64,000 nt of DNA from Mobula birostris (taxonomy: Eukaryota). The DNA lies in assembly GCF_030028105.1 (NCBI RefSeq), contig NC_092381.1, positions 106,939,835-107,003,834 of the forward strand, read 5' to 3'. Position 1 is the first letter of the stretch. The number at the start of each line of letters is the position of its first letter. A model generated the notes under the pieces. The model was not told where the DNA came from and ran no database searches. It worked only from the letters and a program-made list of their open reading frames with translations. Positions 10,494-22,555 of this stretch are shown piece by piece. The translations under genes and the position numbers were made by a program.

Positions 10494-12376
10494 ACGATAT
10501 TTCCATGGCGCTGCGCTCCTACCCGCTGGGCAGCGGCGGAAGGCGCAGGGCGGCCGAGCTGAAGACGAAGCGGGCGCTGCCCGCGGGCGGCGGCGGCCAG
10601 GACTGGGCGCAGGCCTGGGATTTCTTCCGGAGGCTGAACGAGCGCTGCGTGGAGTGCAGCCTGTGTCGCAAGCAGCTCTGTTACCACAACAGCACGGCCA
10701 GCCTGCGGGAGCACCTGCGGCGCAAGCACCACCTCGGCGACGCGGAGGGGCGCCCCTTCCCCGACGAGGGCTCCTCGTCCTCGGAGTCCATGGGCCAGGA
10801 GCCCGAACTGAAGAAGATGGCGGTCCACGGCGCGGAGATGGCGGTCGAGAAGCGGGACGAGGCGATCGACGACCTGATCACCGGGATGGTGTTCCGGGAC
10901 CTGCAGCCGCTCTCGCTGGTCACCGACCAGGGCTTCAGGCGGCTGCTGGGCTTCCTGGAGCCCAGCTACCGGCTGCCGTCGGGGACGCAGCTGGCCGCTC
11001 ACCTGCGCCACAGGTACACGCTGTGCAAGCTGCGGCTGGCCCACCAGCTTCGCGCCGTGCCCTGCATGGCCCTTTCCACGCACGGCTGGAGCACCCCGGC
11101 TCGGCGGGCCTACCTGACCGTGTCGGCGCACTTCATCGACGGCCGCTGGAGGCCGGCGCGCTGCGTGCTGAGCACCGGGCCCGCGGCCACGGGCAGCCGG
11201 GAGCTGCTGCGCTCGGCCCTCGGCGACCTGGGCGTGCCGTGGCAGGCGGTGAGCTGCGTGGTGCGCGACGGCGGCGGGGCCGGGGAGCGGCCGGCCGACA
11301 ACTGCCCGCACCTCTCCTGCGCCGCCCGCACGCTGCAGCAGTGCATCAAGCAGGGGCTGCGGACGGAGGCGGTGCAGGACGCCCTGCTGTCGGCCCGCCG
11401 CCTCGTCGCTCACTTCCAACAAGACCCGCGGGCCACTGCCCGCCTCGACGACCGGCTGGCCGAGGGCAGCGCCGAGGCCCCGGGCCCAGCCCTGCTGCTC
11501 GACACCCCGTGCCACTGGGACACCACCTTCGACATGTGCCGGCGGCTGCTGGACACACGCTGGGCGCTCAGGGAGGCTCTGCAACAGGAGGAGGAGTGGG
11601 AGGGTGGGGAGCCAACGGTGCCCGACCTCTCCGATGGCCAGTGGGAGCTTATGCGCAACCTGCTGCCCATTCTGAAGCCCCTCAAGGTGGCCCTGTGCTT
11701 TCTGGGCGAGCCGCAGAACGCCTCCGTCTCCTCCCTGCTGCCTTGCTTGCACGGGGTGTTGGCCGCCCTCGGGCAGCAGCCGGTCGAGGCCAGCTCGGCC
11801 TGCGGCGCCGTCTGCGCCCGGATCCGCTCTGAGATCAGCCAGCGCTGGCGCCTGCAGCATGACGAGGAGCTGGCGGACAACCCCGCCGTCCTCGCCTCCT
11901 TCCTGGACCCCCGCTTCAAAGACCTGCGCTTCCTGAGCGCCCGGTCCCGGGAGCAGGTGCAGCGCCGGGTGAAGGCGCTGCTCTCCGCCGCGCTCCCGGA
12001 GCCGCGCTCGCCCAGCACCTCCTCGGAGGGCGAGCGGGCCTCGGCCGAGCCCAAGCCCAGCGAGTACGATCTCCTGTTTGGCGAGGACCCGGTGGACCGC
12101 CTTCCGGAGCTCCACCAGCAGATGGAGAGCTATCTGGCCGAGCCCCTCCGCAAGCGCCACACGGACCCGTTCCAGTGGTGGCGGGACAACGCACACCGCT
12201 TCCCCGCCCTCGCCAGCCTAGCCCGTCGCTACCTGGCCGTGCCCGCCACTGCCGGCCGGCCGTTCCTCGCCTCCGGCCGGCTGCCGGACGACACCAGGGC
12301 GGCACTGTCTCCCGAGGACATCAACCGGATCATCTTCTTGCACCAGAACTTCGATTACATCGAATCGCTGAAGTGA
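10494..12376 (+). CDS. ZBED-like (ZBED1/ZBED4-type) domesticated hAT transposase, main coding exon
   Basis: Branch point ctctaac ~10453, pyrimidine tract and cag|10494 (phase 1). Second BED finger (AWDFF..CSLC..HLRRKH), DLQPLSLVTDQGF, YLTVSAHFID, ASFLDPRFK and hATC dimerisation motif (PFQWW...FPALASLARRYLAVPAT). GC-rich uninterrupted frame, stop TGA at 12376. Confidence 0.9.
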
Positions 12377-12759
12377 TGGGGCCTGTCCTGCCTCCACCCC
12401 ACCCGCTCCTGCCCCACATACATCTCCCGGAGAGGGAAGCAGCAGGGAGCCAGGCTCACAGAGTCTGTACTGACTGGCATCCAGCCATTCACACACAGAG
12501 CCCAAAATCTACCCCGGACCCACACATGGGGGGAGGGACGACCATTCTTGAACCCTGCATGTTGTCAGGAAGCCAGAAGTCATGGGGGACCCCACACACC
12601 AGCACCCAGGGAGAACATGTGCGCTCCATATTGAATCCCAGTCCCTGGCACCGTGTGGCGACGCTCTCCCTGTTGTACCCTTGTGTTTCCCCAATTTGTG
12701 GTCATTTGTTGGGTTCAGGGGGGGAGGAGGAGAAACCCTGAGAGACTGGGGCAGTGACT

Positions 12760-13030
12760 GAGGGTCCTGGAATGGCTAGCCGTTGGTCAAGGGTCCCTGC
12801 TCAGTGGGGCGATGACCGGGGGTCCCGGAATGGCTGGCCGTTGGTCAAGGGTCCCTGCTCAGTGGGGCGATGACCGGGGGTCCCGGAATGGCTGGCCGTT
12901 GGTCAAGGGTCCCTGCTCAGTGGGGCAATGACAGGGGGTCCCGGAATAGCCGGCCATTGACCGAAGATTCCTGCACAGCGGAACAGCGACAGAGGGTCCC
13001 TGAAAGGCTGGCCTGGAGAACGGGGATCTC
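12760..13030 (+). repeat. 58-bp tandem repeat built from two alternating 29-mers
   Basis: gggtccctgctcagtggggcgatgaccgg alternates with gggtcccggaatggctggccgttggtcaa; period 58 (12782, 12840, 12898), decaying at the edges. Confidence 0.9.
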
Positions 13031-14849
13031 GGGGGGAAAGAAGATCCCAAGGAAGAGGCAGGTGAGGTGGTGTTCCAGCAGAGAGGATGGGTGTGGGATC
13101 CTGCAGAGATTGGGGGCAGTGGGAAGGTGTGAGGGGAGCAGACTTATTAGCAGGGAGGGTGGAGGGAAGTGGGGGAGCCTGTCCCATTTTATTGGTGGGG
13201 GGGAGCCTGCCCATTTTGAGCTCCCAGAAACCTGGAGGAATTCAGTCTGTCGGATGGCTTCTGTGGAGGAACATGGACAGCTGATTTTTCAAGCCGAGAC
13301 CCTTTTTCAGATGGAGGGGAGATTGCTGGGGGAAGGGGTAGGGAGAGTGTGTGCAGGTGGTCAGTGGTTCCAGGGGAGAGGGTGATAGGCAGATAGAACG
13401 GAAGGGGATTGGGTTGTGATTCTGATAGGCTGGGAGAAAGCAGCTTCACCTGAAACATTTTGGAGCAAGTGAACTTTTGCATTTCATCACCATCACAGGA
13501 CTTGCTGAGTCCAATCTGTGTGCAAGGGCCATATCATCAGCTTACGGTAATGGCGATTAAGGTGTCAACCCAGGGTGCCCTGGGGAACTTCCACCAGCTC
13601 TGGAGACTGAAGGTTAAGGGCCTCCCCTGGCAGGGTGGCATTCCCTCAGGACTGCACCAGGGCTGGGTGGGTCTGTAGGTGATGCCAAGCTGCTGGATTA
13701 AATCTGCAGCCCACTGACTCAGAGCAACACTGTGGCTCAAATCTCAGTTGCTGACGCAGAAAAATATCTTGTTGCAAAAAAGATGCCCTTCGCTGTGAAC
13801 GTCTTTGCATTAATGTCAGTGAGAAGCTGCATTTTTACAGCACCAGGGTCTCCTGTTGGTGTCTCGCTGCACCTGGCAACTAGTGAGGTCGCTTTTGTGG
13901 TGTTGTGTGCTATTGTGATAAACAAGAAGATCCCACCGGCTGCAGTGTGCTCAAGCCCAGCCAGGTCAACGTCTGGACAGGGTGCTTGACCTTGCAGCAG
14001 GCAATCCAAGTTCCTCCAGCGGGCCAAGCCTTGCTCCAGATTCCAGTACCTGCATCTCTTTTGATTACAGTCTTCCCAAACACCATTTTCTCTCAGTCAC
14101 CACTCCCGTGCCTAGTGTCACTTTATGGACATACAATCAATCTGTGTATATAAGCTATCTTATACATTTATATTTATTGTGTTTTTTTATTAGTGTGTTA
14201 TCTCATTGTGTTTCTTTTGTGCTGCATCGGATCTGGAGTAACAATTATTTTGTTCTCCTTTACACTTGTGCACTGGAAATGACATTAAACAATCTGGAAT
14301 CTGTTTGACCTTGTGTAATGTCACACTCTGAGAGGTGATTTTCAGACGCAGTCCGAGGTCTCCCAAGCCTGGAGATCCACTCAGGTGTACTTGTAAAGAC
14401 GGGTGTCGTGGTCAGCCAGGTGTTCTTCAACCGCTGCAGCTGAGTTCATTTAAAGAAAGACTTTTGAGAGGTCCCAAAGCATTTGAAGCTAACGAGGCAG
14501 TATTGAAGTTGGATCTGAAAAATGTGGATGAGGCTCACAGCCGGCAGATCACAGCTATACAAGCCCACATCCAGGTACAGTGATGAAAGATTCAAGCCTC
14601 CCACCACTCTCTGGATAAGAAAATATTTCCTCTCTCCTTCTGCTTGGCTAAGGAGAGTAGGTCCCGCCAATCTCTCTGGCCTCCTGGTAACATCCTCATA
14701 AATCTCTGTGCCCTTTCCATCTCTCCTGTAACTACAACAAAACCATCTGTACACAATCGTCAGGTTGGGATCTAACAAGTGTTGTACACATACCTTTCAT
14801 TGCTTCTGCTAATGGTGAAGCAAAGAGGTGTGTAGATCAAAGCTCCATC

Positions 14850-15105
14850 AATCTTGCTTAGGTCCGCCAGCCCTACTGGGGCAGAGACTGCCAACAGCAG
14901 CTCACCGGAGTCCTCTGTCGTACACCAGTCTCTCAAGCTGTCCCCAGGTGTAGCCGGTCCTTCCTCTCTCATGCAGAGCTTTGGTAACTGTGGGTTTTTA
15001 TGGGATGGAGTAGCTAGCCCCGTGCCCAACCCTCCTCGCAACCGGACTTCGGATCGTCCGTGGGAAAGGTCAGCCATAGTCCTGCTGAAAGGCAGAGGAG
15101 GCACA
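14850..15105 (-). mobile_element. RTE-related short bipartite element
   Basis: Minus strand gggttgggcacggggctagctactccatcccataaaaa (RTE 5' UTR-like) joined to a ctgccccagtagggc...taagcaag tail. Confidence 0.45.
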
Positions 15106-15329
15106 AGGCACTGGTTGGCCTAATTCCTCCATCGTATTTTAAATGCTGTAATGACATGAAGTCTCTCCATATATCCTTTGATCAACCTATTAGCTTCAAA
15201 TATAAACCTATTGTTCCACACCTCCTGGTCTCCCTTTTGCCATAAATTCCCTCACGTTACCATGTCATGTCGTGGAAAACTACAGCACAGAAACAGGCCC
15301 TTTGGCCCATCTAGTCCGTCCGGAACTAT

Positions 15330-15815
15330 GAACACAAGAAAATCTGCAGGTGCTGGAAATCCAAAGCAATACACACAAAATGTTGGAGGAACTCAGCAAG
15401 TCAGGCAGTATCTATGGAAATGAATACAGTCGATGTTTCTGGCCAAGACACTTCTTCAGGACCGAGAAGGAAGGGGGAAGACACCGGAATGAAATGGTGG
15501 GGGAGGGGAAGGAGGCTAGGTGGAAGGTGATAGGTGAAGCTGGGTGGGTAGGAAAGGAAAAGGGCTAGAGAGGGAGGAATCGGATAGGAGAGGAGAATGA
15601 ACCATAAGAGAAAGGGAATGAGGAGGGGCACCAGGAGGAAGCGATAGATAGGCAGGTGAGAAGAGGTAAGAGGCCAGAATGGGGGATAGAAAAAGAGGGG
15701 AGTGGGAGGGAATTTTTTTACCACCAGAAGGAGAAATGAATATTCATGCCACCAGTCTGGAGGCCACGAAGACAGAAGATGTTGCTCCGCACCCTAAGGG
15801 TGGCCTCATTTTGGC
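15330..15815 (-). mobile_element. PLE pLTR / 3' end
   Basis: Same family as 8226-8700. Confidence 0.7.
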
Positions 15816-16990
15816 TTATTTCACCGAACTATTACTCTGCTAGTCCCATCGAACTGAACCCGCACCATGTCCCTCCTACCCACATACCTATCAACATTTC
15901 TCTGAACAGTTGAAATCAAACCCTTATCCACCACCGCTGGCAACTCTCACCACCCTGTGAGTGAAAAAATTCCCCTTAAACCTTTCACCCTAACCCATGG
16001 CCTCACATTCTATTCCCACCCAACCTCATACTACAGAAGTGGTTTGCCTTTGCCTTCTTCTGGGCAGTGTCTTTACAAGACGGGTGACCCCAGTCATTAT
16101 CAATACTCTTCAGAGATTGTCTATCTGGTGTCAGTGGTCACCTCACCAGGACTTGTGATATGCACAGGCTGCTCATACGACCGTCCACCACCTGCTCCCG
16201 TGGTTTCAAGTGACCCTAATCGGGGAAGGGGTGCTACTAAGCAGGTGCTACACCTTGCCCAAGGGTGACCTGCAGGCTAGTGGAGGGAAGGAGAACCTTA
16301 CACCTCCTTTGGTAGAGATGTATCTCCACCCCGTCACCCATACAATGAAATACAGTATCTAAAATTTGCAGTGAATTATAATAAATATTAACAACAAATA
16401 AATAGTGTGTTTATGTACTCATAGGACATGACCTCTTCCGTTCAAGAGGAGGTACAGGAGGCTGAAGACACACATTCAACATTTTAGGAACAGCTTCTCC
16501 TTTCTGCCACCAGATTCCTAAATGGACAATGAAACCATGTACACTACCTCACTCACTCACGTGCTTTTTACACTAATTATTTAATTTACTTTTTATATAG
16601 ATTTCTAATTGTAATTTCCAGTTTTTAATGTATTGCACTGCTGATTCCATGGCACCTGGTATATATGTCAGTGATAATAAACCTGCTTCGGATTCCTTCA
16701 GGAAGTTGAAGATGTATGGAAAAGTGGAGGAGAAGACGACTGGGGTTTAAAAATAATGCATAATCTGGAAGAGCAACTCATACAAAATGCCGGAAGAACT
16801 CAGCAGGTCAGGCAGCATCTATGGAAATGAATAAACAGTCAAAGTTTCAGGCTGAGACCCTTCTTCAGGACAGAGATGGAAGGGGGAAGACTCCTGAATA
16901 AAGTGGTGGGGTGGGAGAAAGGAAAGAGGCTAGCTGGTGAGGGCAGGTGGGTGGGAAAGGTCAAGGGATGGAGAAGAAAGAATCTGATAT

Positions 16991-19087
16991 GTAGAAAGAA
17001 TGTAATAGAGAAATGGAGCTCATTTAAAGGTGAAATTCTGAGGGTACAGAATCTTTATGTTCCTGTTAGGGTGAAAGGAAAGGTTAAAAGTTTGAGAGAG
17101 CCATGGTTTTCAAGGGATATTGGAAACTTGGTTCAAAAAAAGAGAGACATATACAATAAATAGAGGCAGAATGGAGTAAATGAGGTGCTCAAGGAATATA
17201 AAGAATATAAAAAAAATCTTAAGAAAGAAATTAGAAAAGCTAAAAGAAGATATGAGGTTGCTTTGGCAAGTAAGGTGAAAATAAATCCCAAGGGTTTCTA
17301 CAATTATATTAATAGCAAAAGGATAGTGAGGGATAAAATTGGTCCCTTAGAGAATCAGAGTGGACAGCTATGTGTGGAGCCAAAAGGGATGGGGGAAGAT
17401 TCTGAAAAATTTCTTTTCTTCAGTATTCACTAAGGAGAAGGATATTGAATTGTGTAAGGTAAGGGAAAAAGGTAGGGAAGTTATGGAAACTATGATGATT
17501 AAAGAAGAGGAGGTACTGGAGCTTTGAAGGAATATAAAAGTGGATAAGTCTCTGGGTCCTGACAGGATATTCCCTAGGACCTTGAGGGAAGTTAGTGTGG
17601 AAATAGCAGGGGCTCTGACAGAAATATTTCAAATGTCATTAGAAATGGGGATGGTGCCGGAAGATTGGCGTATTGCTCATGTTCCATCGTTTAAAAAGGG
17701 TTCTAAGAGTAAATCTAGCAATCATCGGCCTGTGAGTTTGATGTCAGTGGTGGGTACATTGATGGAAAGTATTCTTAGAGATGGTATATATAATTATCTG
17801 GATAGACAGGGCCTGATTAGGAACAGTCAACATGGATTTGTGCATGGAAGGTCATGTTTGACAAATCTTATTGAATTTTTTGAAGAGGTTACTAGGAAAG
17901 TTGACGAGGGTAAAGTGGTGGATGTTGTCTATATGGACTTCAGTAAGGCCTTTGACAGGGTCCCACATGGAAGGTTGGTTAGGAAGGTTCAATCGTTAGG
18001 TATTAATATTGAAGTAGTAAAATGGATTCAGCAGTGGCTGGATGGGAGACGCTAGAGAGTGGTGATGGATAACTGTTTGTCAGATTGGAGGTCGGTGACT
18101 AGTGGTGTGCGTCAGGGATCTGTACTGGGTCCAATGTTATTTGTCATATACATTAATGATCTGGATGAAGGGGTGGTAAATTGGATGAGTAAGTCTGCAG
18201 ATGATACTAAGATAGGTGGAGTTGTGGATAATGAAGTAGGTTTTCAAAGCTTGCAGAAAGATTTAGGCCAGTTAGAAGAGTGGGCTGAAAGATGGAAGAT
18301 GGAGTTTAATGCTGATAAATGTGAGGTGCTACATTTTGGTAGGACTAATCAAAATAGGACATACATGGTAAATGATAGGGCATTGAAGAATGCTGTGGAA
18401 CAGAGGGATCTAGGAATAATGGTGCATAGTTCCCTGAAGGTGGAATCTCATGTGGATAGGGTGGGGAAGAAAGCTTTCGGTATGCTGGCCTTTATTAATC
18501 AGAGCATTGAGTATAGGAGTTGGGATGTAATGTTGAAATTGTACAAGGCATTGGTGTGTACAGTTTTGGTCACCGAATTATAGGAAAGATGTCAACAAAA
18601 TAGAGAGAGTACAGAGAAGATTTACTAGAATGTTACCTGGGTTTCATCACCTAAGTTACAGAGAAAGGTTGAACAAGTTGGGTCTTTATTCTTTGGAACG
18701 TAGAAGGTTGAGGGGGGACTTGATAGAGGTACTTAAAATTATGAGGGGGATAGATAGAGTTGACGTGGTTAGGCTTTTTCGATTGAGAGTGGGAGAGATT
18801 CAAACAAGAGGACATGAGAGTTGAAGGGCAAAAGTTTAGGGGTAACGTGAGGGGAAACCTCTTTACTCAGAGAGTGGTAGCCCTGTGGAACGAGCTTCCA
18901 GCCGAAGTGGTTGAGGCAGGTTCGATGTTGTTGTTTAAAGTTAAATTGGACAGCTATATGGACAGGAAAGGAATGGAGGGTTATGGGCTGAGTGCAGGTC
19001 GGTGGGACTAGGTGAGGGTAAGAGTTCGGCATGGACTAGAAGGGCCGAGATGGCCTGTTTCCGTGCTGTAATTGTTATATGGTTATA
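16991..19087 (+). mobile_element. 5'-truncated, disrupted CR1 LINE (RT region) inserted in a PLE pLTR
   Basis: ORF fragments 17185-19011 (HGFVHGRSCLTNL, YMDFSKAFD, SADDTK, LRGDLIE) with stops and frameshifts; tail gttatatggttat; host PLE at 16772-16990 resumes at ~19088. Confidence 0.9.
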
Positions 19088-19119
19088 ATAGGAGAAGAGA
19101 GTGGCCCATGGGAGAAGGG

Positions 19120-21161
19120 TGTCATGGTCCGGTCCATGAGGTCTGCATTCCGGTTCACGGTCCGGTCCATCGACCCTTGCTCCAGGTTTTCCTGCCTACC
19201 CTGTTTTTGTTCCTGTTGAGCTCTAATTGAGTCAGCTGATTCTCATTGGGGCTGGCTGCATAAATACCTCCAGAGACCAGGGTGCGGCTGCTGGATTGTT
19301 CTTGTCCTTACTCCTTGTATCCCTTCCCCTGCCTTCTGTTTCCTCGCCCGAAGCCTTGCCTTGTCTTGCTGGTAACTCTTGCCTCACCTGTAGTTCTTGT
19401 CTCGCCTTGCATTGCCTGAAGCCTTGCCTTGTCTTGCCAGTAACTCTCACCTCGCCTGAAGTTCTTGGCTCACCTTGCATTGCCTGAAGCCTCGCCTTGT
19501 CTTGCTGGTAACTCTCGCCTCGTCTCGCCTGAAGTCTTGTCCTGGAGCCACCCTGTACCTAGCTCCCTTCCTGTCCTTTGCCTCCACCGGATAAGTCAGG
19601 CCGTCTTGCTGTTACCCTGTGGTTGGTTCTGTCCTTTCCTGTCCCTTGCCTCCGTCGGGTAAGCCAGGCCGTCTTGCTGTTACCCTACGGTTGGTTCTGT
19701 CCCTTGCCTCTGTTGGGTGGAGATCCACACCCTGCCCAGGAGTACCACGTCCTGCCCAGGAGGAGCTTCAAGACCCCAAGCCAAGCTTCAAGTCTCTGTT
19801 CCCCAGCCTCACCTCAAGTCTGAAGACTCCAGCCTTGTTCTGCCTGCCAGCCAAGTCATGTCCTTGCCTAGTTCTGGGGTCCGAGCCAGAGGCAAGACTC
19901 AGGTTCTGGGTCCTTGTCCAGTCTCTGGCTCGGAGTCTAAGCCCGAGCTCCTAGGTCTCTTGTCCAGTCCTGTTCCGGGTTCCCGGTTTTCGTGCCTATG
20001 TCTTAGCCCTCACCCTGTATCCTAGTCCTGTCCCTAGTACTTCAGTGTCTGTGTCTTGCACTTGGGTCCGTTCCCAGCCACCCCCTTATGACAGAACAAT
20101 CCAGCCAACCATGGACCCAGCGACACAGACACTGTTGTTTTCCTCTTGCCACCCGGGGTTCCCTTCTGTTAAATATCCTCCCACCCGCCCGGGTCGTCCA
20201 CAATCTGGATAGCCTGTTGGTTGCCAGGAGGCTCCCGTGGCGGGGGCGGGGGGGTACTGTCATGGCCCGGTCCATAAAGTCCGCATTCTGGTTCACGGTC
20301 CGGTCCACCGACCCTAGCTCCAGGTTTTCCTGTCTACCCTGTTTCTGTTCCTGTTGAGCACTAATTGAGTCAGCTGATGCTCATTGGGGCTGGCTGCATA
20401 AATACCTCCAGAGACCAGGGCGTGGCTGCTAAATTGTTCTTGTCCTTACTCCTTGTATCCCTTCCCCTGCCTTCTGTTTCCTCGCCCGAAGCCTTGCCTT
20501 TTCTTGCCGGTAATTCTTGTCTCGCCTGTAGTTCTTGTCTCGCCTTGCATTGCCTGAAGCCTTGCCTTGTCTTGCTGATAACCCTTGCCTCGTCTCGCCT
20601 GAAGTCTTGTCTTGGAACCACTCTGTACCTAGCTCCCATCCTGTCCTTTGCCTCCGCCAGGTAAGTCAGGCTATCTTGCCGTTACCTGCTGTTGGTTCTG
20701 TCCCTTCCTCCCCTTGCCTCCATCAGGTGGAGGTATGCGCCCTGCCCAGGAGTACCACGCCCTGCCCAGGTGGAGCTTCAAGACCCCAAGCCTCGAGCCT
20801 CGCCCCAAGCCAAGCTTCAAGACCCCAAGCCTCAAGTCTCACCCCAAGCCAAGCTTCAAGTCTCTGGTCCCCAGCCTCGCCTCAAGTCTGAAGACTCCAG
20901 CCTCTTCCTGACTGCCAGCCAAGTCACGTCCTTGCCTAGTTCTGGGGTCCAAGCCAGAGGCAAGACCCAGGTTCTGGGTCCTTGTGCAGTGTCTGGCTCG
21001 GAGTCCAAGCCCAGGCTCCTAGCTCTCTTGTCCAGTCCTGTTCCACGTTCCCGGTTTTCGTGTCCATGTCTTAGCCCTCACCCTGTATCCTAGTCCTGTC
21101 CCTAGTACTTCAGTGTCTGTGTCTTGCACTTGGATCCATTCCCAGCCACCACCTTATGACA
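19120..21161 (+). mobile_element. Non-autonomous Ty3/gypsy (sushi/chromovirus-like) element: two long LTRs and a 164-bp internal region
   Basis: LTRs 19120-20093 and 20258-21161, both TGTCAT...ATGACA; perfect 5-bp TSD AAGGG (19115-19119 and 21162-21166); gag-like start ATGGACCCAGCG; G-rich PPT ending ggggtac before the 3' LTR. Confidence 0.9.
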
Positions 21162-21699
21162 AAGGGTAGAGATGGAAGAGCTTTAGTGGGAAGAATGGAT
21201 TCTTCATCCTGACAGCCAACACTGCACTTGGAAGTGATGCCAAAATCACAGAACAGAGTTGACATCGGGATCCTAACCTTTTTTATGCCGTTAACTGAGG
21301 GGTCTGTGGACCCAGGTCTACATTTAACAATTGCACCATCCCTCCCTTTTGTACTTCACTGAGCATGAGGGAGCCTGTTCACATTGTCCCCAACGTGGTC
21401 ATAACACTGACATCCAGGTAGTATCACCCAGTGGATTGGCAACCTCTGCTCTGCTCAAGGCTGGACTTGGTCCTGGCTGTTTAATTCTTCCATTAGATAT
21501 TCCATGGCATCTGTCTGGACAGACTCGGCTAGAGACAATACGCAGAAATAGCTGTACGGATTAATGCTGAATCTTCTCTTTATTTCCCTTGTCGATTAAA
21601 CTGCCGCCTGCCTGAAAACCTGTTGTAAAAGACATGGTGTTGGTTCAATATTGCCTCATGCACGGAGAGAGAGCGACAAGTGACTGGCATTCTGTTCAC

Positions 21700-22210
21700 A
21701 CACAGTGCACTGCAGTGGTGGCTGTCTGCCATGTCTGACGATGGTAGGAAACTTGTGCAGAGGATGTTTTCTGACGTGGAAAAGCCCTTCTACCGGGCAG
21801 TTCCACTTTCTCGACCTCAGAAGTCCCTGTCCAGTGGTACGGACAAGTGTCTGAAACTGGGGTCTTCCCTGGTTTCGGTGGATGACCAGGACATCTCTCC
21901 ACGGAGTGTTGGCAGTGCCACCTTCCTGCCCGTTGTATCTCTGTAGTTCTCATCGACCCAGTCCGCCGGAGCTGACTTTGCTTGTTAGGACAGGCGTGTC
22001 CCTATCTCACTGGGGTTTGAGGACCACCGGCTACCCTTGCCTGGTTTAGCCCGCCTGTTGAAGCAGTGTACTGGGGTGAGGCCGCTGTCACATGCGGACA
22101 GCCACTTGGAGCCACAGGCGAGAGCAGAGTGACCAGTGGGGACCAAAGGTGAGTGAGCTGCCCCAGAATGGACACGACAAGCCCCTTCACCAGCGGTGCT
22201 ACCCCTCCAT
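21700..22210 (-). mobile_element. RTE-clade LINE 5' UTR-like fragment
   Basis: Minus strand begins ggaggggtagcaccgctggtgaaggggcttgtcgtgtcc, resembling Expander/RTE 5' UTRs (from memory). Confidence 0.35.
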
Positions 22211-22315
22211 ACAGCCTGCATTGAGGCAGAACAATGCAGTATCAAGCGTGACAGCTACAGAGAAGGTGCAGGCAGACAGTGAAATGCAAGATTGTGATGT
22301 TCAGAGGTGCCATGC

Positions 22316-22555
22316 CAGGGTAGTGGTTAGCACTGGGCATCGGAGTTGGGAGTTCAGAAGCTTGTACATTTTCCCAGTGTGTTTGTGGGTTTCCTGCAGA
22401 TGCTCCCACTTCCCCCACAGTCCAAAGACGTTCCAGTTAGTGGGTTGATTGGTCACTGTAAATTGTCCTGTGATTGGGGTAGGATTAGATCGGGGACTGT
22501 GGCTCGTTGTACCGGAAGGGCCTGTCCCACACTGTATCTCTAAATAAAATAAATT
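22316..22555 (+). mobile_element. HE1/V-SINE-like SINE
   Basis: Central domain gtgggtttcct...ctccc...cacagtccaaagacg...ttaattggtcactgtaaattg recurs at 30895-31145, 31520-31732, 43978-44235, 52850-53000, 54985-55210, 62205-62468 and 62598-62888. Confidence 0.7.

Noticed and set aside
10460-12196. 578-aa antisense ORF and 392-aa alternate-frame ORF over the ZBED exon
   Set aside because: Expected shadows of very high GC3 coding sequence; no recognisable domains.
19227-21093. Duplicated ~80-130 aa ORFs suggesting a tandem gene pair
   Set aside because: They lie within the two LTRs of a single retroelement.
22316-22400. tRNA genes
   Set aside because: The tRNA-like heads belong to decayed V-SINE copies; no complete cloverleaf was seen.
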